Source of the DNA: an uncultured Planctomycetota bacterium
GTDB lineage: Bacteria; Planctomycetota; Planctomycetia; Isosphaerales; Isosphaeraceae
Direction: 5' to 3'
Length of the DNA: 64,000 nt
NCBI GenBank assembly: GCA_963823665.1
Contig: CAWGMQ010000004.1
Span: forward strand, 2,304,001 to 2,368,000
This document shows, piece by piece, positions 11,307 to 23,300 of this stretch; the first letter of the stretch is position 1, and every line of letters begins with the position of its first letter. Both the position numbers and the translations under genes were made by a program. The notes under the pieces are model-generated. The model ran no database searches. It saw nothing but the letters and a program-made list of their open reading frames with translations, and had not been told where the DNA came from.

Positions 11307-11876
11307 CTAGCGTGGAACTGGCATCCCGCACTCTCGGCAGTTATCAGCGCTCAGGTGGAGGGGCTTCTTGCATCGTGGGCAAGTCCGCAAGCCGGTCTCG
11401 AATTTAACCACGGATGCTTGTGGCATCATACTGGGCGGCACGTTCAGCACTTCGTCGTCGTCATTTGCTGCCGGCCCAGTCGCTGCCGGATCAGCTTCCG
11501 CCTGAATCGCCCTTGCTAGGTGCCGTGCAGACCATTTCTCAAGCTCGGCGAGATCGTCAACATCGAGATCTTCCGTTCGTGTATCGGCGTCTCTGTTTGC
11601 GGTTGGCTTCAATGTCCCAGATGCCGATGTCGGCACCGGTACAACCCGCCCACAGTCGGGACATTTACCCGCCTTGGGTTGACTCTCCACCGGTACCTTC
11701 AACCGGCGCCCACAAGGGCACAGAAAGCGGATAAATCCATCTCCGCCTAAGTCAGTTGTCTTTAACTTCGGTCGGCGCAGCCGAATTCGTGTGCCACACC
11801 GAGTACAATCCATATGCTCTGGACTCTCGGGCGGGATCTTCAGCTTTTCGCCACATCGGCACGTAACCCGGGGCAT
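11307..11876 (-). CDS. Multi zinc-ribbon protein
   Basis: Six Cys pairs: CRC, CTRC, CPC, CPDC, CPRC, CREC. Confidence 0.75.
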   Translation of the reverse strand: MPRVTCRCGEKLKIPPESPEHMDCTRCGTRIRLRRPKLKTTDLGGDGFIRFLCPCGRRLKVPVESQPKAGKCPDCGRVVPVPTSASGTLKPTANRDADTRTEDLDVDDLAELEKWSARHLARAIQAEADPAATGPAANDDDEVLNVPPSMMPQASVVKFETGLRTCPRCKKPLHLSADNCRECGMPVPR

Positions 11877-11952
11877 CAGAGGACGCTGGTGCTTTCTGAC
11901 TGTCTCTCGTGGGGGCCAACCGAAAAGTAAACTCGCGAATGGGTCTTATCCA

Positions 11953-12843
11953 TTAGCTGTGTGCACCCGATATCTTCGCTCGACCAGTACCACGCAGCAA
12001 GTCTTCCACCGGGATGACACTGTTCAGACTACCCGAGCGAAATCCTTCCAGATCGATTGTGACGAACTTAAAACCCAAGGTGCGAAACGCAGGCAGTAAC
12101 TCGCCGCGCAGCTCAAGTTCAACGAAACGCGGCAAATCATCGAGCGGAACCTCGATTCGAGCTAGATCGCCCTTGTGGTAACGCACGCGCAAGATGTGAA
12201 ACCCTCGACTGCGCAACCACTGCTCCGCTTGATCAATCATTCGGTTGCGCTCTGGAGTTGCCTCTTCACCATACGCTATCCGGCTCGAAAGGCACGGAGT
12301 TGCCGGCTTGTCCCAGGTCGGAAGACCCCAGGCAAACGCTAGTGCACGGACATCGGCCTTCGTAAACCCACACTCCTGGAGGGGATGCCGTACCCCATGC
12401 TCAGAAGCGGCCTTCAAACCCGGTCGATAGTCACCCATATCGTCGAGATTGGCCCCAGAGGCGATCACATCGGCCCCCAGTTCTTCGAGCAACGATTCGA
12501 GTTGCCCGTATAACTCGCTCTTGCAGAAGTAACATCGATCGGGATTATTTCGGCGATAGGCTGGATTCGAGAATTCCTCGGTGCGAATGACTCGGTGGCG
12601 AATACCAATTCTGCGAGCAAGCTCTTCAGCCTCTCCAAGCTCCCCCGCAGCCAAACTTTCAGACACGGCAGTAACGGCAACTGCATTATCCCCCAATGCC
12701 TCGAAAGCGGCTTGCGCGACGACCGTGCTATCAATTCCTCCCGAAAAAGCCACCGCCACCCTGCTGTAGGTGCGAATTGTATCGATCAATTGATCGCGCT
12801 GGGAGATGAGCAACGAACTGGTTTCAGTCCACTTGATGGACAA
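11953..12843 (-). CDS. larE: LarE-family ATP-dependent sulfur insertase (PP-loop)
   Basis: PP-loop AFSGGIDS, RCYFCK, DYRPG, WDKPATPCLSSRI, GFRSGS. Probable TTG start at 12843 after a GAGGTGG RBS; the track ORF extends to 12969. Confidence 0.88.
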   Translation of the reverse strand: MSIKWTETSSLLISQRDQLIDTIRTYSRVAVAFSGGIDSTVVAQAAFEALGDNAVAVTAVSESLAAGELGEAEELARRIGIRHRVIRTEEFSNPAYRRNNPDRCYFCKSELYGQLESLLEELGADVIASGANLDDMGDYRPGLKAASEHGVRHPLQECGFTKADVRALAFAWGLPTWDKPATPCLSSRIAYGEEATPERNRMIDQAEQWLRSRGFHILRVRYHKGDLARIEVPLDDLPRFVELELRGELLPAFRTLGFKFVTIDLEGFRSGSLNSVIPVEDLLRGTGRAKISGAHS

Positions 12844-13002
12844 GGTCCACCTCTTTCGATCGAGGCCAAAGTCAGTCTGTTTTACGTGGAGAACCCCATC
12901 GTGCGCTCCCCCATTGTATGAGTGCTTATGGCCAAGCTCAAGCTCGGAGAAACAACGCACGAAAACCAACGAACCCGTACTTGGTTGCTCGAAACGTGCT
13001 GG

Positions 13003-13794
13003 CTATGGATCAAGCTGGGAAACATTGACTCCGCGGGACGGCGACGTACCGGGATCATTAATGCCAACTTCCGCCGATGATTGACCCAGTTGGTGCCGCA
13101 GAATCTCACCTTCCTTCAAGTACACAACCGACTCAGCAATTTTGGCTGCATGATCTGCGATACGCTCTAGATTTCGAGCCGTGTTGACGAGCCGAAGCCA
13201 GGTGTTTATCCGCTCGGGTTTACGAATAATCTCAATCTTGAGCTGCTTTTGAACGGCGCGGTAATCTAGGTCAACTTGGCGATCAGCGGCAATGACAGCG
13301 TGTGCGCGTACAACGTTAGACTGGGTTAGCGCATCCAAACTATCACGAATCTGAGAAAGGGCAGAGACCGCAAGGTTTTCCAAAGGCTGTGGAATGGGAA
13401 ACGCCTCGGGATCGCTGGAGAGTTTTTTAACCCGTTTGGCGATATGCCGAGCGAGATCACAGAGTCGTTCAAGGTCTCCGTTAATCTTCAGAATTGTTGT
13501 GACGCGTCGGAGGTCGGATGCAACCGGTTGATGCAAGGCCAACACTCGCACACACTCACGTTCAATTTGAACTTCCCAGCGGTCCATCGCATGCTTCTGA
13601 TGCTTGAGTTCTTCGGCCAGTTCAACTCGCCCGTCGCAGATCGCGTGAATGCTCCGATTCAAGGCGTCTTCAACGACCGCCGCCAGCTTGAGCACCTCGG
13701 CCCAGAGCCCTTCCATATCCCGTAAAAAACTGCGGCCAAGCGTGACCCGCTCGTTATCCCAACTGGAATCGACCGCTCTGTGTTCAATCGACAT
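13003..13794 (-). CDS. phoU: Phosphate signalling/transport regulator PhoU
   Basis: LALHQPVASDLR, DLERLCDLA and NLERIADHA repeats. Confidence 0.92.
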   Translation of the reverse strand: MSIEHRAVDSSWDNERVTLGRSFLRDMEGLWAEVLKLAAVVEDALNRSIHAICDGRVELAEELKHQKHAMDRWEVQIERECVRVLALHQPVASDLRRVTTILKINGDLERLCDLARHIAKRVKKLSSDPEAFPIPQPLENLAVSALSQIRDSLDALTQSNVVRAHAVIAADRQVDLDYRAVQKQLKIEIIRKPERINTWLRLVNTARNLERIADHAAKIAESVVYLKEGEILRHQLGQSSAEVGINDPGTSPSRGVNVSQLDP

Positions 13795-14026
13795 CGCTGC
13801 GATTCTAGTCCTATCGGTCTATTACATGGGGCTCGACGTTCTTGAATGGGTTCATGATCGTCGGTCGAGTCGTGGCTGTTATTAGACCGTCAAGCAATAG
13901 CTGAACATTCTCCTTGACGCAGATTACGGGGTGACAAATTCAGCTTATTTCATCGAAACCTGTCGAACAACCTTAGAATCGCTAAATACACAAGAAATTC
14001 ATGATCCTCGAATGGGAGAGAGCAGC

Positions 14027-16474
14027 TCAATAGTTGCTGCCACGGAGTGGTGGTCCGTATCCGTGCAGAGGCAACCAGTAGGTATCTGTTGGCACATTGT
14101 CGCCAGGTCGGTAGTAGCCAAGATCATACTGAGCTTCCCAGGGAGGATCCATGATAACGTTATAGGGCAACGCTGCGATCTGGAAAGCAAACAAACCGGC
14201 AGAGAAGAATGGCTGCAGAATCTGATTCCGTTGCGTTGATTGGGTGGGGTCGTCGAGCGGGTACGTGAAATACCGGCCAACTGGCCCCAAGAATTGCTCG
14301 ACGCTGTGTCCATAGCGTTCCAGAACTGGATCCTGGAAGTACAAGGGAAGGTGACAGGTGGCCGCCGCCGCCCAGTACTTGCGCTGAGCCGCCCAAGTAC
14401 GCGGGGGGAGCGGAACCCAATCTTCAGGAACGGGAATCGCTTTGATTGGCCGGGCCTCTGCGGGACTGGGTGCGCGGCTGATATCAAGCTGGGTTTGAGA
14501 TCGCAGATCGGAACCGATCGTGTCAGTCCGGCGGTTAGCTGGTTGTGCTTGTGCTTGTACTTGCTGTCTGCGTCGCAGATCATCCTCCTGCTGGCGAACA
14601 ATCATCTCGACCTCTCGCTTCAATTCTGGACGAAGGGTCGACGCAGGGTTTGGACGACTAGGAATAAAGGTATCCGACCTGCCAGGTAAAGTTGGCGGAT
14701 TCTCTATCGCTGGAGGAGCTGAGGAGGAATCCTCATTTGACTCGACGGCCACTGAAGCATCGCTCGTAAGCGGTGGTGTTGCTACAGGTGAGACTGTTTG
14801 AGTGGATTCTTTGATATGCGGTGAAGTAGGTTGCGATGCCTCCGCTGCATCCGGAAGAGTCGGGTTGGACGGTGAAGCGTCTGAATTCGTGCTCGGTTGT
14901 GCCATGGATCCGTCTTGTCCCCCAACGGGCGCAGCTACGGACGGAGATTGTATGGCATTCGGTATCTGGCTATTGAGCGCACGTGATTCCCGGCCGCTTG
15001 AATCATCCGGAAGTGCCGGCAGATCCTGAACAGTGGGTGGAACCGCGGTCGGAGTAACGATCTCGGGTATCATCTCGGGTGCTGGCACTGGCGCATCATG
15101 ACCTTGTCGAGCGGCATTACTGACGTCGTCTGGTAAAGGTGGCAACTCGTTCTCACCCATGGCACTCGGGTTTGTCGATGTATTGGGAACTGTTATCGGG
15201 GCTAAAATCTGCTTTTGGGAATCGGTAAACTCGGGCTTGGTACCTAGATCAGTCGGTAGAGGAGGCAGATCGTCTGTGGATGGCGATGACCTCGATGTCG
15301 ACTGAGACAACATGGTCGGTGCTGGTGAAGCACTTTCCTGCCTGGGTATTGGCGCCGCGCTTGTTTCCTCGGATTCCTTGTGAGCAAGAGTGGTTGAATC
15401 ATCCTGACTTGTAGTTTGAGCGGCTGGTGGAACCGCGGGCGTCGTCTCCAGCTCGAACACCGGAGGAGCAGGAGTATCCTTGGGGACATCATCAACGGTA
15501 GCCGGTTGTGTCAATGTGCTCGCACTCGGGCTCGACACAACTTGCGGCGTAGGAGCAAGTGCCGATACACGAGATACAGGCGTATCTTGCCTGGGCACCG
15601 GTTGTACCTGAGGCTGATCGATCATTTGCTCCGATAAATGTTCGTTGATCTCACCTGGATTCTTGTCGAGTTCACCTGGTGAACCATCAGTCTCGTTCTG
15701 TTTCTGTACAAGTTGCGGGATTTTAGGAATGTCAGGAAGCGGTCTTGGTCCCTCCGAATCGTGAGGAACGGTTGAGGGATTACTACCGGTCTGACTCGAT
15801 TGAGAGCGCTGGATTTTGGGAGCTCGAGTTGCTTGATCCTGAGTTGCCATTGGTCAGCAGGATCGGCTCTCCTTGATCATCAGTATTATTGCCTGGGGGA
15901 TTGGTTAAACCGCCTGATAAACCATGTACAGACTTCGACGGCAGCTTTTGAAGGCGGTCGGGATTGGTCTCATGAGCTACAAAAGCTTCGGCCTTAGCTG
16001 GGCTGAAGCCGCTACGATTGCGTGACCGCTCGCTAAGAGCATACGGTGATTCAGCACCGGCAGCTTGGCGCAATCCGCGCTTGCGCTCTCAATGCCGTTT
16101 TGAAGCACCTGTTTTTCAGCTTTGGTCAGCTCATCCTTCCTGATTTCTGCTTCTCGCAAAAACTTCAGGGCCCGCTCGTACTCCCTGTAATTCAAGTAAT
16201 CCAGGCCGTTTCGCATCAAGTAACGTGCACCACGTGTGACCGCGACGCCATAGACCTGATCGTCTGGCGATGGACGAGTTTGGCCAGCTCTTGCCGTCCT
16301 GCCGGACGGCTGGGACTGACCGAGTGGCTCGCTACCTGAAGGATTGGATTGCTGAGCTTTGACCGGTGTGGCCGCGAATACGGCCACGAGGACCGCTGTG
16401 GTCATTGCTGGTTTAATGCGACGCAAGCCACGCCTCCTTGCTTTCCTGGGATTTACCTGAATCATCGTCGCCAA
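14027..16474 (-). CDS. Large exported protein (N-terminal helical/TPR-like segment, Pro/Ser/Thr-rich linker, conserved-looking C-terminal domain); two frameshifts (~16081, ~15850)
   Basis: ORFs 15977..16474, 15783..16073 and 14027..15850 join into 815 aa. Signal peptide ends AATPVKA. C-terminal WAAAATCHLPLYFQDPVLERYGHS. Confidence 0.7.
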
Positions 16475-16666
16475 TTCAGGGGTTGGAAGCCCCGTAGGAT
16501 GTGGCGAACTGAGAAAGGGCTGGGTTCAAAACCCAGAATAGAGATGATCTGGCAACATAATGGCGACACCAATCTGTATAGTTTTCCCGAATCGTCAAAC
16601 CATTTTTTCTAACTTTTGTGTAAGTGAACAGTCAGAACGAGCATATCCTGGAAATACTGCTTGATC

Positions 16667-18223
<1,557 letters not shown>

Positions 18224-18442
18224 CTAGGACGTTGTGCTCAATCCTGGTGATAAAACAAGCACCAGAATCGAAAGGTCTACAGCGCGAGATAAACGTGGAA
18301 GTAAGTTCAGAGGCCTTTCCTTGCACATTACACCCGGCGAACGACTTGCTGACAAGGGCGATTCCTCACTGTTCAGACAAGGTGACGAACTTGGCAGTGT
18401 TAGAAACACTCAAGTAACATGGTTTTAGGGAAAGTGCACTAG

Positions 18443-20326
18443 GTGGAGCGAGACAAGACTATGTCGCGTTACCAGTCTCGAGCCCGATGGCTTGGGCTCA
18501 TTACAGCGGTCGTTGTATTAACGACGAGTAGCATCTGGCTGACCAGGCGTCTTTGGGTCCCCGATCCGCTGATGCCCGGATGGCGAGCGTACTCGGAAGG
18601 CGATTGGGAAAAAGCACTCGAATTGGCGAGAGAGCGATTAAAAGTAAACGGTGATGACATAACAGCCTTACGATTACTAGCGAGGGCATCAATCCGCCTG
18701 GGACGGGATTCCTCGGCCATGGCTGTATACAATAAAATGGGATCAGGCGCGATGACAGCGGAGGATCTATGTCTCCTGGGGATTGCCTTGAATCGTAGCG
18801 GCAACAACAGGGCATTAGAGGTCTGGGAGCAGGCATTTGCCGCTGAGCCGAACCACGCAGAGACGCTTTTTGAGCTAACGCGGGCTTATTCCAAGAACGA
18901 CCGGCTCGATGACGCTGTGAAATCGGCTCGAAAGCTGGGCGAGTGCCCTGGCTGGGAGGGTCAAGCCGATGCACTTCTCGCTACAATTGCACTGGCTCGC
19001 AACAATCCAGATGATGCCATCACCTTCTGGCGAAAAGTTATTGAGCGTAAAGTATCGGAAAGAGGAGGTACCCACACACCAGTCGTGCCGCCGAAAGAGC
19101 TTGCTCGCGCCCTGCTCCAGACCTCCCAACCAACAGCAGCTCGGCGCTATCTTGAGGACGCTTCGCAATCGGAGCCAGACCCGGAGCTTTTCTGGCTTCT
19201 GAGCCGCGCTTACCTACAAGAAGGCATGAAGAGCGAGGCACTGGCTGCGAGCGAAAAGTCCGGCTCATTCCGCGCTGAGAACCCACTTGTTCCAGAGCCA
19301 TCTCCGTTCTCCGGCGCCTCTCGTTGTGCTAACTGCCATTCGGCTGTCTTTCAGACACAGCAAAGCTCACGTCATGCGCACACGTTTTATCGGTCATCGG
19401 AGCTATCCAACCTTTCGCTTCCTCAATCTCCGCTTCCCGACCCTGTTCAAGTAAAGGTGTCCCACAGACTGAAGCACATCGATCCCGATACGATCGAACA
19501 GGAAACCGAGGTCAAGGACCAAATCTACTCCGCGGTCGTGAAATATGCCTTCGGTTCTGGAGATCGTGGGCTCACACTCGTTGGACGCGGGAAGAATGGA
19601 CAGGCATTCGAGTTGAGGCTTTCACAATATCGTCATGGAACGAGCTACCGCTGGGATATAACATCTGGTCATCTCCTCCAACCGGACGAGGCCATACGAT
19701 TTCTGGGTGAGCCACTTACAGAAGACGCAGTTCGGCGCTGCCTGAGCTGTCATGTCACCAGTGCCCGGGCGATTATCACCGACTCGGGCCCAGGAGCGTT
19801 CGACCATGGGATTGCCTGCGAGAAGTGCCATGGTCCCGGGGGGAATCACATACTGGCAGTGCAGGCTGATTTTTTTCCTGACCGGGCAATCATTGATCCG
19901 CGCCAAGCATCGGGCTCGCAGGTAGTTTCGCTTTGTGCCGAGTGTCACAGTCCACGCGGGCGCAGCGTCTCAAAGGATGATCCAGCGGCCGTACGCTTTC
20001 AAGGAACAACACTGACCTGGAGCCGATGCTTCCTTGAAAGTCAGGACGCGCTCGACTGCATGACATGCCACGATCCGCATCGTAACGCAGCCAAGTCACC
20101 GGCTCACTACGAGGAGAAGTGTCTTTCGTGTCACTCCGGTACAGGGCGTACAACTCGCACTGAGCGGTCCCGTTCAAATCTGGAAAGCCTATCCCACACG
20201 CCAGGGCGAAGCGTGTGTCCGGTTAATCCAAAGAAGGACTGCATTGGCTGTCACATGCCCTCGGTCAAAAACGTTGTACCGCACTCGTCGTTCACCGACC
20301 ACTTCATTCGCGTTCATCGAGACTGA
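18443..20326 (+). CDS. Membrane-anchored TPR plus heptaheme c-type cytochrome
   Basis: N-terminal TM, TPR-like helices and seven CxxCH motifs (CANCH, CLSCH, CEKCH, CAECH, CMTCH, CLSCH, CIGCH). Start may be the ATG at 18461. Confidence 0.88.
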   Translation: MERDKTMSRYQSRARWLGLITAVVVLTTSSIWLTRRLWVPDPLMPGWRAYSEGDWEKALELARERLKVNGDDITALRLLARASIRLGRDSSAMAVYNKMGSGAMTAEDLCLLGIALNRSGNNRALEVWEQAFAAEPNHAETLFELTRAYSKNDRLDDAVKSARKLGECPGWEGQADALLATIALARNNPDDAITFWRKVIERKVSERGGTHTPVVPPKELARALLQTSQPTAARRYLEDASQSEPDPELFWLLSRAYLQEGMKSEALAASEKSGSFRAENPLVPEPSPFSGASRCANCHSAVFQTQQSSRHAHTFYRSSELSNLSLPQSPLPDPVQVKVSHRLKHIDPDTIEQETEVKDQIYSAVVKYAFGSGDRGLTLVGRGKNGQAFELRLSQYRHGTSYRWDITSGHLLQPDEAIRFLGEPLTEDAVRRCLSCHVTSARAIITDSGPGAFDHGIACEKCHGPGGNHILAVQADFFPDRAIIDPRQASGSQVVSLCAECHSPRGRSVSKDDPAAVRFQGTTLTWSRCFLESQDALDCMTCHDPHRNAAKSPAHYEEKCLSCHSGTGRTTRTERSRSNLESLSHTPGRSVCPVNPKKDCIGCHMPSVKNVVPHSSFTDHFIRVHRD

Positions 20327-20339
20327 ATGCACTGAGTCG

Positions 20340-23300
20340 TCAGTGATTGAACAGAAACGCGGGGCTGTTGATCAGGGCCCAAGCGATATCCTGCGTCGCG
20401 GTCAATCGCCGCACTGCAGCCTGCTGGACGCTCATCTCCAAGTCGTGCCGTAAGCGAACGAGAGTAGGGTCAGGTTGAATCGGCCGGGAGACCAGTTCGA
20501 GTTGGTCCCGCAGGGCCTTCAGGGCGGGATCTAACGGTAGAGGGGCCTTGCTCGCAGCAATGGCTGCGGTCTTCTTACGCAACTCTGGATCGATCGCGCG
20601 GAGATAATTTGTTAGCAGAGACTTTTGAACATCAGTTCGTACCTCAGGTGCGGTGGCAAGGATTGCACGAAAATCCTCTGGCAGGCTCAGCCCAATCGGC
20701 TTGCCACCTCGTGTGAGTGAGAGGCGGAATCGCCCCAGGGTCCAGACCTGGGCAAATTTATGATGCAGTTTGAACGTCAATATCGTACCGCCGGGGGTTC
20801 CGACCGGCTCGGTCGTTTCAAAAACTGCCCAGTGGGTGACACCCGTTACAGGAGCTACGGCCCACCCATTGCCAGGGTCGTTGGAACTTCCATCGATTGC
20901 TTTGCTGACATCAAGGTTATCCTGGTTGAAATCAGCTAATGCGTTTGTAAGTTTGACTGGCTTTGCTTGTTTCGGGTCGGCCTTGGGTGTGGCGATGAGT
21001 TCAATCTCGTTCAGGACAAAGTTGCCATCGGTTGCCCGTCCAGGGCCTTTCTGAGGCAAACTGTCGTCCGTGAGGACCTCCAGGCGTAATCCGCTAACTC
21101 CAGCCAGTTCAGTCTCAGCGGTGATCGTGATAATACCGTTCCGTTTAGGGCCGGAAACCAGAATCGAACCATCGGATTGCTTGGTGAGAATTGACCCGTT
21201 GGTAGCACTCATTGCGGTGGGTTGCAGGACCAGCCAGCGGTTGAGAATGGATGTAGATTTTTCTTTCTCCCAATCGGCGATCCGTTTGACAACAACCGTG
21301 GACTCATAAGCTTTGAGATCGGCCTCCAGCTTGGCCGTGGCCTCGATCTTCTGTTGCTCGGCAAGGGCGAGCTTGGGAGCCTGTGCTTTCTCGTAGGCTG
21401 CAAGCACAGCCTGCGCGGCGACAATGGCCGACTGCCGCTGGCGCTCAAGCAACGGACGCTTGATGGCAAATTCGACTTCACGTTTTCCCAGGTCTTCCGC
21501 CAGTTTGCGATGATCATCCTCTATGGTCTGGATGTCCTTACGGCAAGTTTCAAGCTCGCTGGGCGTCACCGCGCGGCTGAGTATCCTCAAGAACAACTCG
21601 TTGATCAGCTTGACGTCATCGGTCTGCGTGGCGGCAAGCTTACTGAGCTCGTTACCGGGATCAGCGATGGCATCTCCCAGAGTTGGACCGCTGACCAACG
21701 CCATGACGGGGCCGAGTTGTAAGCCACTGGATCGCTCACATTCGCAGGCACTTTCGCGAGCAGGCCGACCGAAGGTTGTCAAGAAACCACTAGGAAGCTC
21801 GACACCAGAATCGGGCAAAGCAGCGGCACGCGTACCCGGCGTGATGCCTGGAAACTTGGAAATGGAACCGGTCACCCGGTACACTGCATCCAGGAGAACC
21901 TCGGCCGGGAGTCGGCGCGCAACCGCGTGAGAGTAGTTGACCTTGTCGTCCTGATTCCACTTGTTTGTCTCGACTGACAACTGGTAGGTGCGAGACTTGC
22001 AGATAAGCCGCATCATGTTGCGCACGTCGAAATTGGATCTGATGAACTCCTTCGTCAGATAATCAAGCAGCTCGGGGTTCGTAGCTGGATTACCGGCTCG
22101 GATGTCGTCAAGCGGCTCTATGATTCCGACACCGAAGAGATAGCCCCACAGCCGATTCACATAGCTCTTGGCGAAATAAGGGTTATCCTTCGAGGTTAAC
22201 CAAGCCGAAAGATCAATGCGCCGAGCCATACCGGGCGCTGGCTTGGCATAATCACATGAGAAAGGAAACTTTGGGGCCGTGATCTTTTTCGTACGGTCAT
22301 GCACGACCTCGCTTTTGCCAGCGTCTGAGATAACCTCGTAAAGCGGCTTGGGTGCCTCAACGTCAGTGCCTCCTACCGTTCGGCCCTTACTTGACGGATC
22401 ACCGGCCAGGTTGACTTGTGCAAAAAAGGCGGCTGTCTGATAGTACTGGTCCTGGGTCCAGCGCTCAAAGGGATGGTCATGGCATTTGTTGCAGTTGAAC
22501 CGAACTGCCAGGAAGAGCTGAGTGGTATTCTCCATGACGGCCGCCGGGTCACGTAAAATCTTGAAGTAAGCTGCGGCCGGATTCTGATAGTTTGACCCGC
22601 TTGCCGTGAGGATCGAGCTCACAAATTTGTCGTAAGGTGTGTTGACGCTGAGCTGTTCGCGAATCCAGTTACGGAGAGCAAGTGACCCCTCGACGCCGAG
22701 GAACTTCCTGTTGACCTGCAGTAAGTCTGCCCACTTGTTAGTCCAGTATTCGATATAGTCGGGGCTACCGATCAGATGATCGATCAGCTCATCGCGTTTG
22801 ACGCGGATATCGCGCTTGTCGGAGAGAAATTTCCGGACATCGTCGGCAGAAGGAGGCAAACCCGTGAGGTCTAAATAAACCCGGCGGATGAAATCCGAGT
22901 CGCTACAAACTCCGGAAGGAAGGATCTTTACTCGCTTCCACTTGGAGACTACCAATTCGTCAATCTTGGAAAAAGTTGGGGGGTCAGTCCAGACAAATCC
23001 GGAACGGTCTCCCATTACAGTCAGTGTGGTCGATGCGTAGTTCCCCTCAAACCGTGCCAGGATAGGTGCTTCGCCTCGGCGAATAGCAGCCATGAGTCCG
23101 GCACGGCCTGCAACAACGACCTCCCCGTTGGCGCTTTCCAAGAAGGCTTCGCGGGTGACATCACGCACCTCGCCAGGACCGTAGGTCGCTACAACACGAA
23201 GCTGAACCTTGGTGCCAGTTCGCTGGACCACTGGGTCGATCGGGAAGACTTGAAGCTTCGTAACACGTTGTGATGAAAGGTTTAGCTTGGCGCCGTCGCT

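Noticed and set aside
13880..13945. Possible Pho box upstream of phoU
   Set aside because: GTCA-like half sites are not at the 11-bp spacing of a Pho box.
13999..14601. 200-aa alternative-frame ORF
   Set aside because: Same-strand overlap with the conserved-looking C-terminal domain of the 815-aa protein; no protein-like features.
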